Source: an uncultured Acidobacteriaceae bacterium (lineage in GTDB: Bacteria; Acidobacteriota; Terriglobia; Terriglobales; Acidobacteriaceae). From it: a stretch of 64,000 bases of DNA. The stretch is taken from the NCBI GenBank assembly GCA_963791965.1, contig CAWBUK010000007.1, forward strand, positions 9,586 through 73,585, written 5' to 3'. Position numbers and translations under genes: made by a program. The notes beneath the pieces were generated by a model, which did not search any database, had not been told where the DNA came from, and was given only the letters and a program-made list of their open reading frames with translations. Below are positions 9,906 to 18,988 of this stretch, in pieces (positions within the stretch are counted from its first letter, which is position 1; each line of letters starts with the position of its first letter).

Positions 9906-10036
9906 TTGTGGCCCTTAGCTTTTGGCGGTGGGTTTCTTGCCTCTCGGTGTCCTCCGTGTCCTCTGTGGTGAAATGTTTTCCCGATTACAGCAACGAAGCA
10001 GCAATCGCCAACAGCCAAGAGCCCAAAGCCAACAGC
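9906..10036. repeat. heptamer-periodic arrays (inverted words) flanking a 9-bp direct repeat
   Basis: 9906-9926 reads TTGTGGC CCTTAGC TTTTGGC. 9947-9967 carries GTGTCCTC(C/T) twice. 9988-10036 reads CAGCAAC GAAGCAG CAATCGC CAACAGC CAAGAGC CCAAAGC CAACAGC. Confidence 0.65.
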
Positions 10037-10060
10037 CGTTTTTTCCGCTATAACTAGTTT

Positions 10061-10876
10061 GTGAGTGCACGCAATCCTTTCTTTTCTCCTAAGACGGCGC
10101 TGATCACCGGCGCATCGAGCGGCATTGGGCTCGAGCTCGCACACCTGTTCGCGCAGGACGGCTACCGGCTGGTGCTGGTCGCGCGAAATCGCGGTGCGCT
10201 GCGCCAGGTAGGAGACGATCTGCAATCGCGCTACGGCATCACGGTTCGCATTGCACCCAAGGACCTCGCCCATCCCGCCAGCCCCGACGAGCTTTACCAC
10301 GAACTGCAGGAGTCGGGCGTGGTGCTCGACGTCCTGGTCAACAACGCCGGCTTTGGCGCCGCAGGGCCGTTTCTCAAAACCAACTGGGCCGACGAGTCGG
10401 AGATGATTCAGGTGAACATCACCGCCCTCACTCATCTCACCAAGCTGTTTCTTCCCCAGATTCGCGCCCGCGAAGGTAAGCTGCTGAACGTCGCCAGCGT
10501 CGCGGCATTTCTGCCCGGCCCATTTATGTCGGTCTACTACGCCAGCAAGGCGTATGTACTGAGTTTCAGCGAGGCGCTGGCGGAAGAGATGATCGGCACC
10601 GGCGTGACCGTAACCTGTCTTTGTCCCGGCCCGGTGAACACGAACTTCCAGAAGCGCGCGTACGTGCAGGAAACGGCAATGATCAACAGCCCGCTTACGG
10701 TCGACGTGCGCGAGGTGGCGCGTATCGGCTATGAAGGCATGAAGCAGGGAAGCCGCATCGTGATTCCAGGATGGAAGAACCGGGTTCTGGTTGAGGGGGT
10801 TCGCCTGGCCCCGCGAAATCTGCTCACAAGAATGGTGCGCCGTTTGCAAGAGAAAAAAGACGTAACCAGTAATTAG
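10061..10876 (+). CDS. SDR-family oxidoreductase
   Basis: TALITGASSGIGLELA (TGxxxGxG) and YYASKAYV (YxxxK). Confidence 0.85.
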   Translation: MSARNPFFSPKTALITGASSGIGLELAHLFAQDGYRLVLVARNRGALRQVGDDLQSRYGITVRIAPKDLAHPASPDELYHELQESGVVLDVLVNNAGFGAAGPFLKTNWADESEMIQVNITALTHLTKLFLPQIRAREGKLLNVASVAAFLPGPFMSVYYASKAYVLSFSEALAEEMIGTGVTVTCLCPGPVNTNFQKRAYVQETAMINSPLTVDVREVARIGYEGMKQGSRIVIPGWKNRVLVEGVRLAPRNLLTRMVRRLQEKKDVTSN

Positions 10877-10971
10877 CACTTAGTAATTAGCAATTAGGAA
10901 TTGGCGAGCCGTCGATGTGGCGGCGCTGCGCGTCCAAACGATGCCTAATTACTAGCTACTAATTACTAATC
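10868..10971. repeat. inverted pair of heptamer-periodic arrays
   Basis: 10868-10902 reads AGTAATT AGCACTT AGTAATT AGCAATT AGGAATT and includes the SDR TAG stop. 10944-10971 reads CCTAATT ACTAGCT ACTAATT ACTAATC. The arms are complementary (11-nt perfect TTAGTAATTAG core), with a spacer of about 41 nt. Confidence 0.75.
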
Positions 10972-10985
10972 GCTGGTCTTTCAAA

Positions 10986-11648
10986 ATGGCTGAAGACGAA
11001 CTGAAGTCTTCCAAGCGCATCCTTGACCCGGTGGAGCGCTGGTCCGAAGTGTTGTTCGGACTCATCATGGTGCTTGGATTCACCAGCACCGTGAGCGCGG
11101 TCCATTCCGGCCGGCCCGAGATTCGCACCATGATCGCGGGCGCGCTGGGCTGTAACCTGGCGTGGGGTATTGTCGACGCCATCATGTACCTCATGGCGTC
11201 GCTCAGCCAAAAAGGCCACGGCCTGGCGACCCTGAACGCGGTTATCTCCGCTCCCACACCCCAAGATGCCCACCGCGTCATCGGCGATGGACTCCCGGAA
11301 GTCGTCACCAAGTGTTTGGACGAAGCCCAGCTGGAACAAATTCGGGTAGCCTTGCTTCGCTTACCGGTCCCGGCGCGCGTTCACCTTAACCGCGATGACT
11401 GGAGCGGTGCCAGCGGAGTGTTTCTGCTGGTTTTCCTTTCCACGTTTCCGGTCGTCACCCCCTTCCTCTTCTTGCCCAATGAGGTTCGCCTTGCGCTACG
11501 CTACTCCAACCTCGTCGCGATTATTATGCTGGCGATTACCGGATACGCTTACGGCCAGTATTCGGGAGGTGCTAAGTGGATGTGGGCCCTGAGCATGGTT
11601 CTTCTGGGTGCCTCGATGGTGGTGCTCACCGTCAAGCTGGGAGGATAG
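10986..11648 (+). CDS. integral membrane protein, possibly VIT1/CCC1-like
   Basis: 220-aa ORF with several hydrophobic segments (LFGLIMVLGF.., LAWGIVDAIMYLMASL, C-terminal TM pair). The family assignment is from memory only. Confidence 0.55.
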   Translation: MAEDELKSSKRILDPVERWSEVLFGLIMVLGFTSTVSAVHSGRPEIRTMIAGALGCNLAWGIVDAIMYLMASLSQKGHGLATLNAVISAPTPQDAHRVIGDGLPEVVTKCLDEAQLEQIRVALLRLPVPARVHLNRDDWSGASGVFLLVFLSTFPVVTPFLFLPNEVRLALRYSNLVAIIMLAITGYAYGQYSGGAKWMWALSMVLLGASMVVLTVKLGG

Positions 11649-12294
11649 CCTGCTAAGACATCTGCTGCTTGTGGCCTCGTTCTTCGCTATTTGTTGCGCA
11701 GCGACCGCCCAAACACCGCCTGTTCCACCCGCCGGCGCGGCCAAACCGGCCAGCGAACCGTGGAAGTACTCGCTCACTGTCGATGCCTACTTCGTGCCCG
11801 ACGCAGTCGATTACGGAGACCCGGTGTTTGCTGCCGATCACAAGTGGCTGCACCTGGAAGCGCGCTACAACTACGAGAACCTGCACACCGGCTCGCTTTG
11901 GGCGGGTTACAACTTCCGTTGGGGCAAGAACCTGACCCTGGATGTGACCCCGATGCTGGGAGCGGTATTTGGCCGGACCAACGGGATCGCTCCCGGATGC
12001 GAAGCTTCGCTCAGTTATAAGAAGTTCTCCGCCTCGATCTCCAACGAGTTTGTCATCACCCCATCGGACACCAGCAACAGCTTCTATTACTCGTGGCCTG
12101 AGGTGACGTACTCGCCTTTGAACTGGCTTACGGTGGGTGGCGTTGCCCAGCGCACCAAGGCGTATCACACTGCGCGCGATGTGCAGCGAGGCTTCCTCGT
12201 CGGCGTCAATCACAAGAAGTGGGAATTCACCACCTACATCTTCAATCCAGACATCACTCCCACAGTAGTGCTGGAAGTAGGCGTCAAATTCTAG
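11608..12294 (+). CDS. putative outer-membrane beta-barrel protein (start uncertain)
   Basis: Signal-like LLLVASFFAICCAATAQ, alternating aromatic beta-strand pattern, C-terminal ...EVGVKF (terminal Phe). The true start is probably internal to the ORF, which overlaps the previous gene. Confidence 0.55.
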   Translation: MPRWWCSPSSWEDSLLRHLLLVASFFAICCAATAQTPPVPPAGAAKPASEPWKYSLTVDAYFVPDAVDYGDPVFAADHKWLHLEARYNYENLHTGSLWAGYNFRWGKNLTLDVTPMLGAVFGRTNGIAPGCEASLSYKKFSASISNEFVITPSDTSNSFYYSWPEVTYSPLNWLTVGGVAQRTKAYHTARDVQRGFLVGVNHKKWEFTTYIFNPDITPTVVLEVGVKF

Positions 12295-12379
12295 GAAGCG
12301 GGTTCTAAAAGCGGGGTAGGGAAGGACTACGACGACCGCAAGCTGAGATACGGGGATTTGAGCATCGCTGGCGGCGGCC

Positions 12380-12418
12380 CTTACTGACAACCGACAACTG
12401 ACCACTGACAACTGCTTC
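12380..12418. repeat. heptamer-periodic array (CTGACAA-type) abutting the tRNA 3' end
   Basis: CTGACAA CCGACAA CTGACCA CTGACAA CTG.. on the plus strand. Five units lie directly downstream of the tRNA-Met. Confidence 0.7.
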
Positions 12419-12421
12419 TAG

Positions 12422-12493
12422 TGGGCCCGGAGGGATTCGAACCCCCAACCAAGGGATTATGAGTCCCCTGCTCCACCGTTGAGCTACAGGCCC
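12422..12493 (-). tRNA. tRNA-Met (anticodon CAT); elongator type, tRNA-Ile2(k2C) not excluded
   Basis: Manual cloverleaf of GGGCCTGTAGCTCAACGGTGGAGCAGGGGACTCATAATCCCTTGGTTGGGGGTTCGAATCCCTCCGGGCCCA: 7-bp acceptor stem with G1-C72, D arm GCTC/GAGC, anticodon loop CTCATAA, T arm GGGGG-TTCGAAT-CCCTC. CCA is not encoded. Confidence 0.85.
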
Positions 12494-12546
12494 TTGCAAC
12501 TACTGAACACTAGCGCGCCCGGTTCGACGCAGGCGTTCTCTACAGC

Positions 12547-12575
12547 ATTGTATGGTTGCAGCAAGTGAATCACAA
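12547..12575 (-). promoter_or_regulatory. candidate promoter for the tRNA
   Basis: On the minus strand: TTGTGA (12575-12570), 17 nt, TACAAT (12552-12547), about 54 nt upstream of the tRNA 5' end. Confidence 0.3.
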
Positions 12576-12640
12576 AGTCGCGGCAACGTCGGAACCGCGA
12601 GTGGCCTGTGATGATTGCGATTCGAGCCGCAAAAGACCGG

Positions 12641-14057
12641 CTACGCGGCGGCAGGGACAAACACTTGAAAGGTGGTCCCGCTTTTCCCTTCGACGCTGGA
12701 CGAGCGAAAGCGAATGTGGCCGCTGTGATTCAAGATCAGCGTACGCGACACCCAAAGTCCCAACCCCGATCCCTTCAGTTCTTTCGTGGTGAAGAATGGA
12801 TCGAAAATCTGTCGCTGAACCGCGGGAGAGATGCCCGCTCCTCGATCATGTATCGTTACCCTGGTTCCGTCGTGCCCGCCGCGAAGCGCGTGTCGCACCC
12901 GAATCACAACCTCGCCCCCAAAGGGTGAGGCCTCGGTCGCATTACGAATCAGGTTTCCGAATACCTGGCTCAACTGCCCGGGAAAGCCACAGATCGTGGG
13001 CACTGCCTCTCGCTCCAACACCAGGCGAACGCGTCGTGTCGCGGCCCATTTCTCGTAGAGCGACACCACATCTGACATGAGACCGCCCAGGTCAATTGGT
13101 ATCGCGTTCTGGGTGTCACGATGAAACGAAAGTGACTGCTTGGTGATGCGCGAGATGCGCGACAGTTCCTCATTTGCGCGATCCAGATAATTATGGACCG
13201 TGTGCATGTCCGGCACCGACTGCGCCAGGTACAAAAGATTGGTCAGCGCTTCCAGCGGATTATTAATTTCGTGGGCGATGGCGTTGGCCAGCTTGCCTGT
13301 GGCAGCAAGCTTCTCCGCAGTGCGCACCGCATATTCGGCCAGCTTGCGATCGGTGATGTCCGAAAGCACCAGTACTTTTCCAATCTCAACCTCGTCGGCC
13401 ATAACCGGAGAGATCGTCAGTTGCACGTTCCTCGGCCCCACCTGAAACTCATGCGTATGCCGCTCCGCTCCTTCGGCAAAGCCGGGCAGTGCATATCCGA
13501 ACCACTGCGCCATCATCTCCGCGGCCGTTCGACCCGCAGGGAGGTCCGCAGATGCCTTCAAAAGCCCGGTTCCATTCGGTGAATTTCCCCTGCTGGTCGA
13601 CAAAAGCCAGCCCCTCCGACAGTGAGTCAAACGTCGACTGCCAATGCCATGAGGCTTGCCGGGCGGCGATTTCAGCGCGCCTTAACCGCAGTAGCGAGCG
13701 AACTGTGGCGACTAGCACCAGTCCGTCAATGGGATGGGTGAGATACGAATCAGCTCCTGCTTCCAAAGCCCTGGCTTTGTCTTCTCCGGTGACGAACGAA
13801 GCGGAAATCTGCAACACAGAAACCGAAGCCGTATGGGGATCGTCTTTTATCCTGCGGCACAGTTCGAATCCTGAGAAATCGGGCAAATGGACATCGAGGA
13901 TCGCCAGGTCCGGTAATGACTGTACCTTCTCCAGGGCTTCCCGCCCGGTGCTCGCCTCGTCGCACGCATACCCGGCCTGTTGCAGGACGCGACGCAGCAC
14001 ATACCGGTTTTGTTCCCGGTCATCAATGATCAGGATGCGATTCGGGGTGCTATCCAT
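12641..14057 (-). pseudogene. REC-PAS-HisKA-HATPase sensor kinase, interrupted by a 1-nt frame shift
   Basis: ORF 13449..14057 has REC (ILIIDD.., LAILDVHLPD) plus the start of PAS. ORF 12641..13630 has the rest of PAS, the H-box AHEINNPLEAL, and HATPase (DPFFTTKELKGSGLGLWVS). The frame switches near the plus-strand A4 run at 13560-13563. The start overlaps the upstream kinase stop by 8 nt. Confidence 0.8.
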
Positions 14058-16206
14058 TTGCTTGCGAGACAGTCTTCTGCGGGACTACCCCCTCAGATGC
14101 GAGCCAATCCAGAAAGGGTTGAGCCGACAGGCGAGTCGAGACATCTTCTTTGCGGACCACGGCTGCCCCAAAGCTTGCCAGGTGATCTTTTTCTTCTTGC
14201 GTCAACGTCTTGGAGGTGTAGATCATGACCGGCAGGGACGCCGTCGAACTCAGTTCGCGGACCCGGCGCAAAACCTCGATTCCACTGATGTCCGGCATCA
14301 GCAAGTCGAGCACCACCGCATCCGGCGCGCCTTCAGCAATCGCTGCCAGCGCCTCTCCGCCGCTCCTCGCCTCTTTGATCTGCAGCCACGGCAAATCGAG
14401 CAACTGCCGCAGGATGTAGCGAGAAACCTCGTTATCATCCACGATCAATAGTTGTCGCGTTCCCGGCGCCGAAATCAGAGTTCTAAGTTCTTGTAACAAT
14501 CGCTCGCGCTCCAGCGGCTTGTGGAGAAATAATGTTGCTCCCTCGTTGGATGCACGTTCTGCCTCATCGTAGGCGCTGGTAACTAGAATGGGCAGGGCAG
14601 GCAACTTCGTACGCAACCTGCGCAACAGCTCCCAAGCCTGGTCCTCGCCGACGTATATGTCCGAGACCACCGCCGCCGGCGTATGCCTCGCGAGCCACGA
14701 CTCGGCATCCTGCAAATTCGACGCCAGGATAGGCTGAAATTCCGTATTCCGCAGGAACGTTTCGAATATGTGTGCCGCCTCAGCCGAATCCTCTATACAC
14801 AAGATCGGAGACCGATGGAAGTCAGGTACCGGCAGCGATCCCGGGTCGGTACCGGACGAAGCTTCCCCAACATAAACGATCGGTATCTCCACAAAAAACG
14901 TAGAGCCTTTTCCGGCTTCGCTCTGCAGCCACATCTGCCCACCCAGCAGGGCCGTGAGGTTGCGGCAGAGTGGCAGGCCCAGTCCGGTTCCGCGATGACG
15001 ATCTTGCAGCGGATTTTCAACCTGGCTGAATTCCTGGAATATCGTCTCGTGATATTCAACCGGGATACCGATACCGGTGTCCGCCACTTCAAACACAACG
15101 TGCGAATCGCCCTCGCATCGTGCCGAGACCGTCACCTTCCCGTTGGGAGTGAATTTCAACGCGTTCGAGATCAGGTTGCGCAGAATCTGCGAAACCTTGC
15201 CCTCATCCGTTCGAAGTCCCGGAATGTCGTCCGCATCAACAAAAACCAGATCAACTGTGCTGTTGTCAGCCAGCAGAGGTTTGAGCATCCCCTTCAGCGC
15301 GCTAAACAATTCATGCACCCCGAACGACTTGGGCCGGATCTTGATCTTCCCGGCTTCCACTTTCGCCAGGTCCAAAAGATCATTGACCAGGTCCTGCAAA
15401 TCGCGGGCCGAAGACTCGATGTACTGCACCTGCTTCGCCTGCTCCAGTGTCAGTTCGCCATCCATCCTGGAACTCAGCAGGCGGGCCAGCGAGATGATGG
15501 AATTTAATGGCGTGCGGAATTCGTGCGAAACATTGGAGAGAAACTTGGTCTTCAACTCCGAGGCACGTCGCAGATAATCGGCCCGTTCGTCCAACTCGGC
15601 ATACAGCGCCACTACGCCGCGATTGGTATCTTCCAGTTCGCGGTTCAGCAGCATCAATTCATCCTGTCGCGCGCGCAGCTCCTGCAATGTCTTTAGCAGT
15701 TCATCGTTCTGACGCTCAATTTCGGCATAGGGAGATTCGGGCGCCGCATTCCGAAATTGTTTGGCCATCCCCTCCAGTGTCCGTCGCGAGAATAACGCCG
15801 CATTCCGCGGAAGGTACTTCACCATGCTTGCCGTGGTCCCGCTTGAGTCCGTGCTGAGGTTGAACTCGTCCATCAGGCGCTTGGTGCCGACAATGCCCAT
15901 GCCCATGCCGGTTTCAGAGCGATAGCGCCCGGCCATGATCTCGTCGAGGTTAGCGATGCCGGGCCCGGAATCCTTTACCGTAATTTCCAGCCGCTGTGGC
16001 AGATCCAACGTCACCGCGAATCTGACAACCCCGCCGCGCGCATAACGGAAGGCGTTGCGCGCAATCTCCGACGTCGCCGTCGCCAGCCGTATCTGGTCCT
16101 GGTTGTCGAATCCCAGGCCGGCGGCAACTTCGCGAGCCCTTCGCCGGGCATGAACCACGTCCTGCTCGGTGCGCAGGCTAATCTCGAGAATGGAGAGCGA
16201 GTCCAT
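14050..16206 (-). CDS. hybrid histidine kinase: N-terminal RsbT/RsbW-like GHKL domain, coiled coil, HisKA, HATPase, two REC domains
   Basis: The N-terminal ~135 aa is paralogous to the RsbT-like protein (TSEIARNAFRYARGG..DSGPGI..GMGMGIVGTKRL). H-box SHEFRTPL. HATPase DTGIGIP..GTGLGLPL. REC1 (VVSDIYV) and REC2 (LLIVDDNE..VVLDLLMPD). The ATG overlaps the upstream TAA (TAATG). Confidence 0.85.
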   Translation of the reverse strand: MDSLSILEISLRTEQDVVHARRRAREVAAGLGFDNQDQIRLATATSEIARNAFRYARGGVVRFAVTLDLPQRLEITVKDSGPGIANLDEIMAGRYRSETGMGMGIVGTKRLMDEFNLSTDSSGTTASMVKYLPRNAALFSRRTLEGMAKQFRNAAPESPYAEIERQNDELLKTLQELRARQDELMLLNRELEDTNRGVVALYAELDERADYLRRASELKTKFLSNVSHEFRTPLNSIISLARLLSSRMDGELTLEQAKQVQYIESSARDLQDLVNDLLDLAKVEAGKIKIRPKSFGVHELFSALKGMLKPLLADNSTVDLVFVDADDIPGLRTDEGKVSQILRNLISNALKFTPNGKVTVSARCEGDSHVVFEVADTGIGIPVEYHETIFQEFSQVENPLQDRHRGTGLGLPLCRNLTALLGGQMWLQSEAGKGSTFFVEIPIVYVGEASSGTDPGSLPVPDFHRSPILCIEDSAEAAHIFETFLRNTEFQPILASNLQDAESWLARHTPAAVVSDIYVGEDQAWELLRRLRTKLPALPILVTSAYDEAERASNEGATLFLHKPLERERLLQELRTLISAPGTRQLLIVDDNEVSRYILRQLLDLPWLQIKEARSGGEALAAIAEGAPDAVVLDLLMPDISGIEVLRRVRELSSTASLPVMIYTSKTLTQEEKDHLASFGAAVVRKEDVSTRLSAQPFLDWLASEGVVPQKTVSQANG

Positions 16207-17202
16207 TACGCCGCTGCCTTCACCACCACAACGCTGGCGTCATCACGCTGGCGCCGGAAATCGCGGATCAGCGCCGCACCAATCACCGCCGGGTGCCGCG
16301 AGATCAACCCGGAATACGACAACAAGTCCCAGCGCGACTGAAGTCCATCGGAGTGCATGATGAGCACCCCGTCTTTCGGCCAGTCCATCTGAAACTCCTG
16401 CATGCGAGGCGACGCCACACCCAGCGTTCCGCTATGTGAAACCAGGCTGCGCGACCCCTGCTTCGAGATAATGGAAGCCGCCGTATTACCAACGGCAGCA
16501 TAGGTCAGGCTGCTAGCGGCATGATCGATTCGCACAATCCCTGCCACCGCACCGCGCGTCTTCTTCAGCGCGTCATTGATATAAGACAGGATTTCGCCCG
16601 GCCCCCGGTGCAAATTGGCTTGAAATACCGCCACCGCCTCATCCGCTGCCACTGCGGCGTCGCGCCCGTGCCCCAGTCCATCCACGATGAGAACGATGGT
16701 TCGCTCGTCGCTCTGGTCGTAGCTCCACGCATCTCCGCAGAAGCGCTCTCCCGGATAGGGAATGGCTACCCCGGCAACCTGCGGGTTTTCCTGCGGCTCC
16801 GTTGAACCAACTTCCACCATGACGATGGTGCCGTTCTGGCTGGTGAAGATTTCCATCTTGCTCGCGATTCTTTTCATCGCTCCCAGCCCGGCGCCCATGG
16901 TTCCCGATGTCGAGTAACCGTCACTCATGGCTCGCGGAACATCCGATATGCCCGGTCCTTTATCCAGGCCAAGCAGACGCAACTACAGGGCCGTGTGAAT
17001 TTCTCGATCCAGCGATGATGGCCTGCCCACCCCCGCCGTGGGTCAGTACGTTGCGCGCCACCTCTGTGATTAACAGCGCGAACTCGCCGCTACGGGTCTC
17101 ATCCAACCCCAGCCGCTCCGCTACGTGAAGCCCTTTTCTTCGGGCCTCGCCAATGGAACTGGTGTCTGTGATCGGAACGTACTCGGTCAGGATCATCTCC
17201 AT
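16206..17202 (-). pseudogene. RsbW-like ATPase domain fused to PP2C (SpoIIE-type) phosphatase, interrupted by a 1-nt frame shift
   Basis: ORF 16960..17202 (ITEVARNVLTHGGGG) and ORF 16206..16982 (LDKGPGI.., then PP2C LIVDGLGHGRDAA..IMHSDGL) form one protein. The frame switches at about 16976-16985. The start overlaps the RsbT-like stop. Confidence 0.8.
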
Positions 17203-17603
17203 CGGACGACGGTAACCTTGGTCCCTTTCCCAGCCTCTGACTCGACGGAAAACTCATTAACCAGGCGCTTGCTGCCGCCCAGGCCGAGCCCCATCCCCGA
17301 TCCGGTCGTAAAACCATCTTTGAGAGCCGCTTCTATGTCGGGGATGCCTGGGCCGTTATCCACAAACGTCAATTTCAGTCCTGACCTCGCCGCACCGTTG
17401 ACGATTTCCATGGTCATGTTGCCGCCACGTCCATAGTCCAACGTATTCCTCGCCAGCTCACTGGCGGCGGTAACCAACTTGGTCTGGTCGACCAGGCTGA
17501 AGCGCAACTCAATCGCCCACTGCCGTACCCTCTGACGCGCTACTACTATGTCGCTCGAGGTTTGCAGTGGAAGCACTTCACGCTTCGTTACCGTCATCGC
17601 CAC
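17193..17603 (-). CDS. RsbT-like switch serine kinase (GHKL ATPase)
   Basis: 136 aa: ASELARNTLDYGRGG...VDNGPGIPD...GMGLGLGGSKRLVNEF, the anti-sigma regulatory-factor/RsbT pattern. It follows two STAS genes. Confidence 0.8.
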   Translation of the reverse strand: MAMTVTKREVLPLQTSSDIVVARQRVRQWAIELRFSLVDQTKLVTAASELARNTLDYGRGGNMTMEIVNGAARSGLKLTFVDNGPGIPDIEAALKDGFTTGSGMGLGLGGSKRLVNEFSVESEAGKGTKVTVVRWR

Positions 17604-17973
17604 TTCCCCAAGGTCTAACGTTCAGCGATCCATAAAGCAGTTCCATCCCCGATTCGACGTTTAATGCGGTACGCACGCCGGGCAAAGACATGCCGAGCTC
17701 GACCAGCGTGATGGCTACTGCGGGTTGCATGCCTACCACCACGGTTTCAGCGCCTAAAACCCGTGACATGGCGGCAATGTTGGCCAGCATGCGGCCAATG
17801 AAGGAGTCAACAATTTCCAGTGAAGATATGTCGATCAGCACACCGAACGATCCCCAATCGGAAATCCTCTGCGTTACGTCGTCCTGCAGCTGCAGCGCCA
17901 GCTTGTCATGCATGTCGACCTGGATGGTAATCAGCAGAAATGGGCCCATGCGCAAGATCGGGATGCGTTCCAT
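17578..17973 (-). CDS. RsbS-like single STAS-domain protein
   Basis: Internal ATG 17973 of ORF 17578..18087, preceded by AAGGAGGG and 1 nt after the RsbR-like stop. MERIPILRMGPFLLITIQVDMHD...DISSLEIVDSF is a STAS fold pattern. Confidence 0.8.
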   Translation of the reverse strand: MERIPILRMGPFLLITIQVDMHDKLALQLQDDVTQRISDWGSFGVLIDISSLEIVDSFIGRMLANIAAMSRVLGAETVVVGMQPAVAITLVELGMSLPGVRTALNVESGMELLYGSLNVRPWGSGDDGNEA

Positions 17974-17974
17974 G

Positions 17975-18868
17975 TCATCCCTCCTTGTTGAAACCGGGGA
18001 GTGGCCTTGCATTCGAACCTGCTGCTCCTGCCACCCGCACCACGGCCCTGCCGCTCTTCTGCAACGCCAGCGCAAACGCATCGGCAAGCTTGGCCTTGGT
18101 CATAACGTCTTCCAGGTTGATGCCCAGGTGAACAATCGTCTGCGCGATCTGCGGACGAACTCCACTGATGATGCACTCTGCCCCCATCAGCCGGGCGGCC
18201 GTGATCGTCTTCAGCAAATGCTGTGCCACCAGGGTGTCAACCGTGGGTACGCCTGTGATGTCGATAATCGCGAACTTCGAATTGGTCGCCACTACGGTTT
18301 GCAGAAGTTCTTCCATCACCACCTGGGTGCGCGCGCTGTCCAGCGTCCCGATTATGGGCAGCGCCAGGATTCCGTCCCACAACTTCACCACTGGAGTGGA
18401 TAGCTCGAGCAGCTCCTGCTGTTGCCGCGAGATCAGCTCTTCACGCGCAGCCATGAAGGCCTCAGCGGTCAGCAGTGACAGGCGGTCCAGCATCTGAGAT
18501 GCCGCCCAGATGGTATCGAACATTTCATCCTGGTTTCCCGCCAGTTCCTTGCGGATAGTCGCAAACAGAGGCTGCTTCAGCGAAAGCACAAAGCTCGCCG
18601 TCTCCGAGGGCGTAAACCCCTGTCGCACTCGCGAGGTCGAAATGTCCTGCAACATCTCACGCACCGGCGCCCACTCCGCCGACGAGACATCTACGCCTTG
18701 CGATGAGGAAGCTCCCCTGACAATGGCTTTCAACAGAGCGGCACTCTGTTCCTGCAGCTCCGTGCTGCTCATCAAGTCTGCACGCTGGACCGACGACGCC
18801 ATGTCTTTGATCCAGTCTGCGCGAATGCGTTCTTCGTTGCGCGAGATAATCTCGCCGAGCTTACTCAT
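17975..18868 (-). CDS. RsbR-like stressosome scaffold/sensor (N-terminal sensor domain + C-terminal STAS)
   Basis: The C-terminal half (STPVVKLWDGILALPIIGTLDSARTQ...AIIDITGVPTVDT..ISGVRPQIAQTIV) is a typical RsbR STAS domain. The N-terminal ~150 aa is helical and sensor-like. Confidence 0.8.
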   Translation of the reverse strand: MSKLGEIISRNEERIRADWIKDMASSVQRADLMSSTELQEQSAALLKAIVRGASSSQGVDVSSAEWAPVREMLQDISTSRVRQGFTPSETASFVLSLKQPLFATIRKELAGNQDEMFDTIWAASQMLDRLSLLTAEAFMAAREELISRQQQELLELSTPVVKLWDGILALPIIGTLDSARTQVVMEELLQTVVATNSKFAIIDITGVPTVDTLVAQHLLKTITAARLMGAECIISGVRPQIAQTIVHLGINLEDVMTKAKLADAFALALQKSGRAVVRVAGAAGSNARPLPGFNKEG

Positions 18869-18988
18869 GGATACCCTCCTGGGAGATCCAACAGATAAGG
18901 GCCTACAGTTATAAACGATTTTTGATTCAGGCGACGAGCTGCCAATGGTTGGAATGATGCCGCGGTGGCATGCATTGCAGATAAAACT

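Noticed and set aside
12296-12640. Integration hotspot or genomic island next to tRNA-Met.
   Set aside because: No integrase, direct repeat of the tRNA 3' end, or compositional break is visible. The flanking genes are ordinary chromosomal genes.
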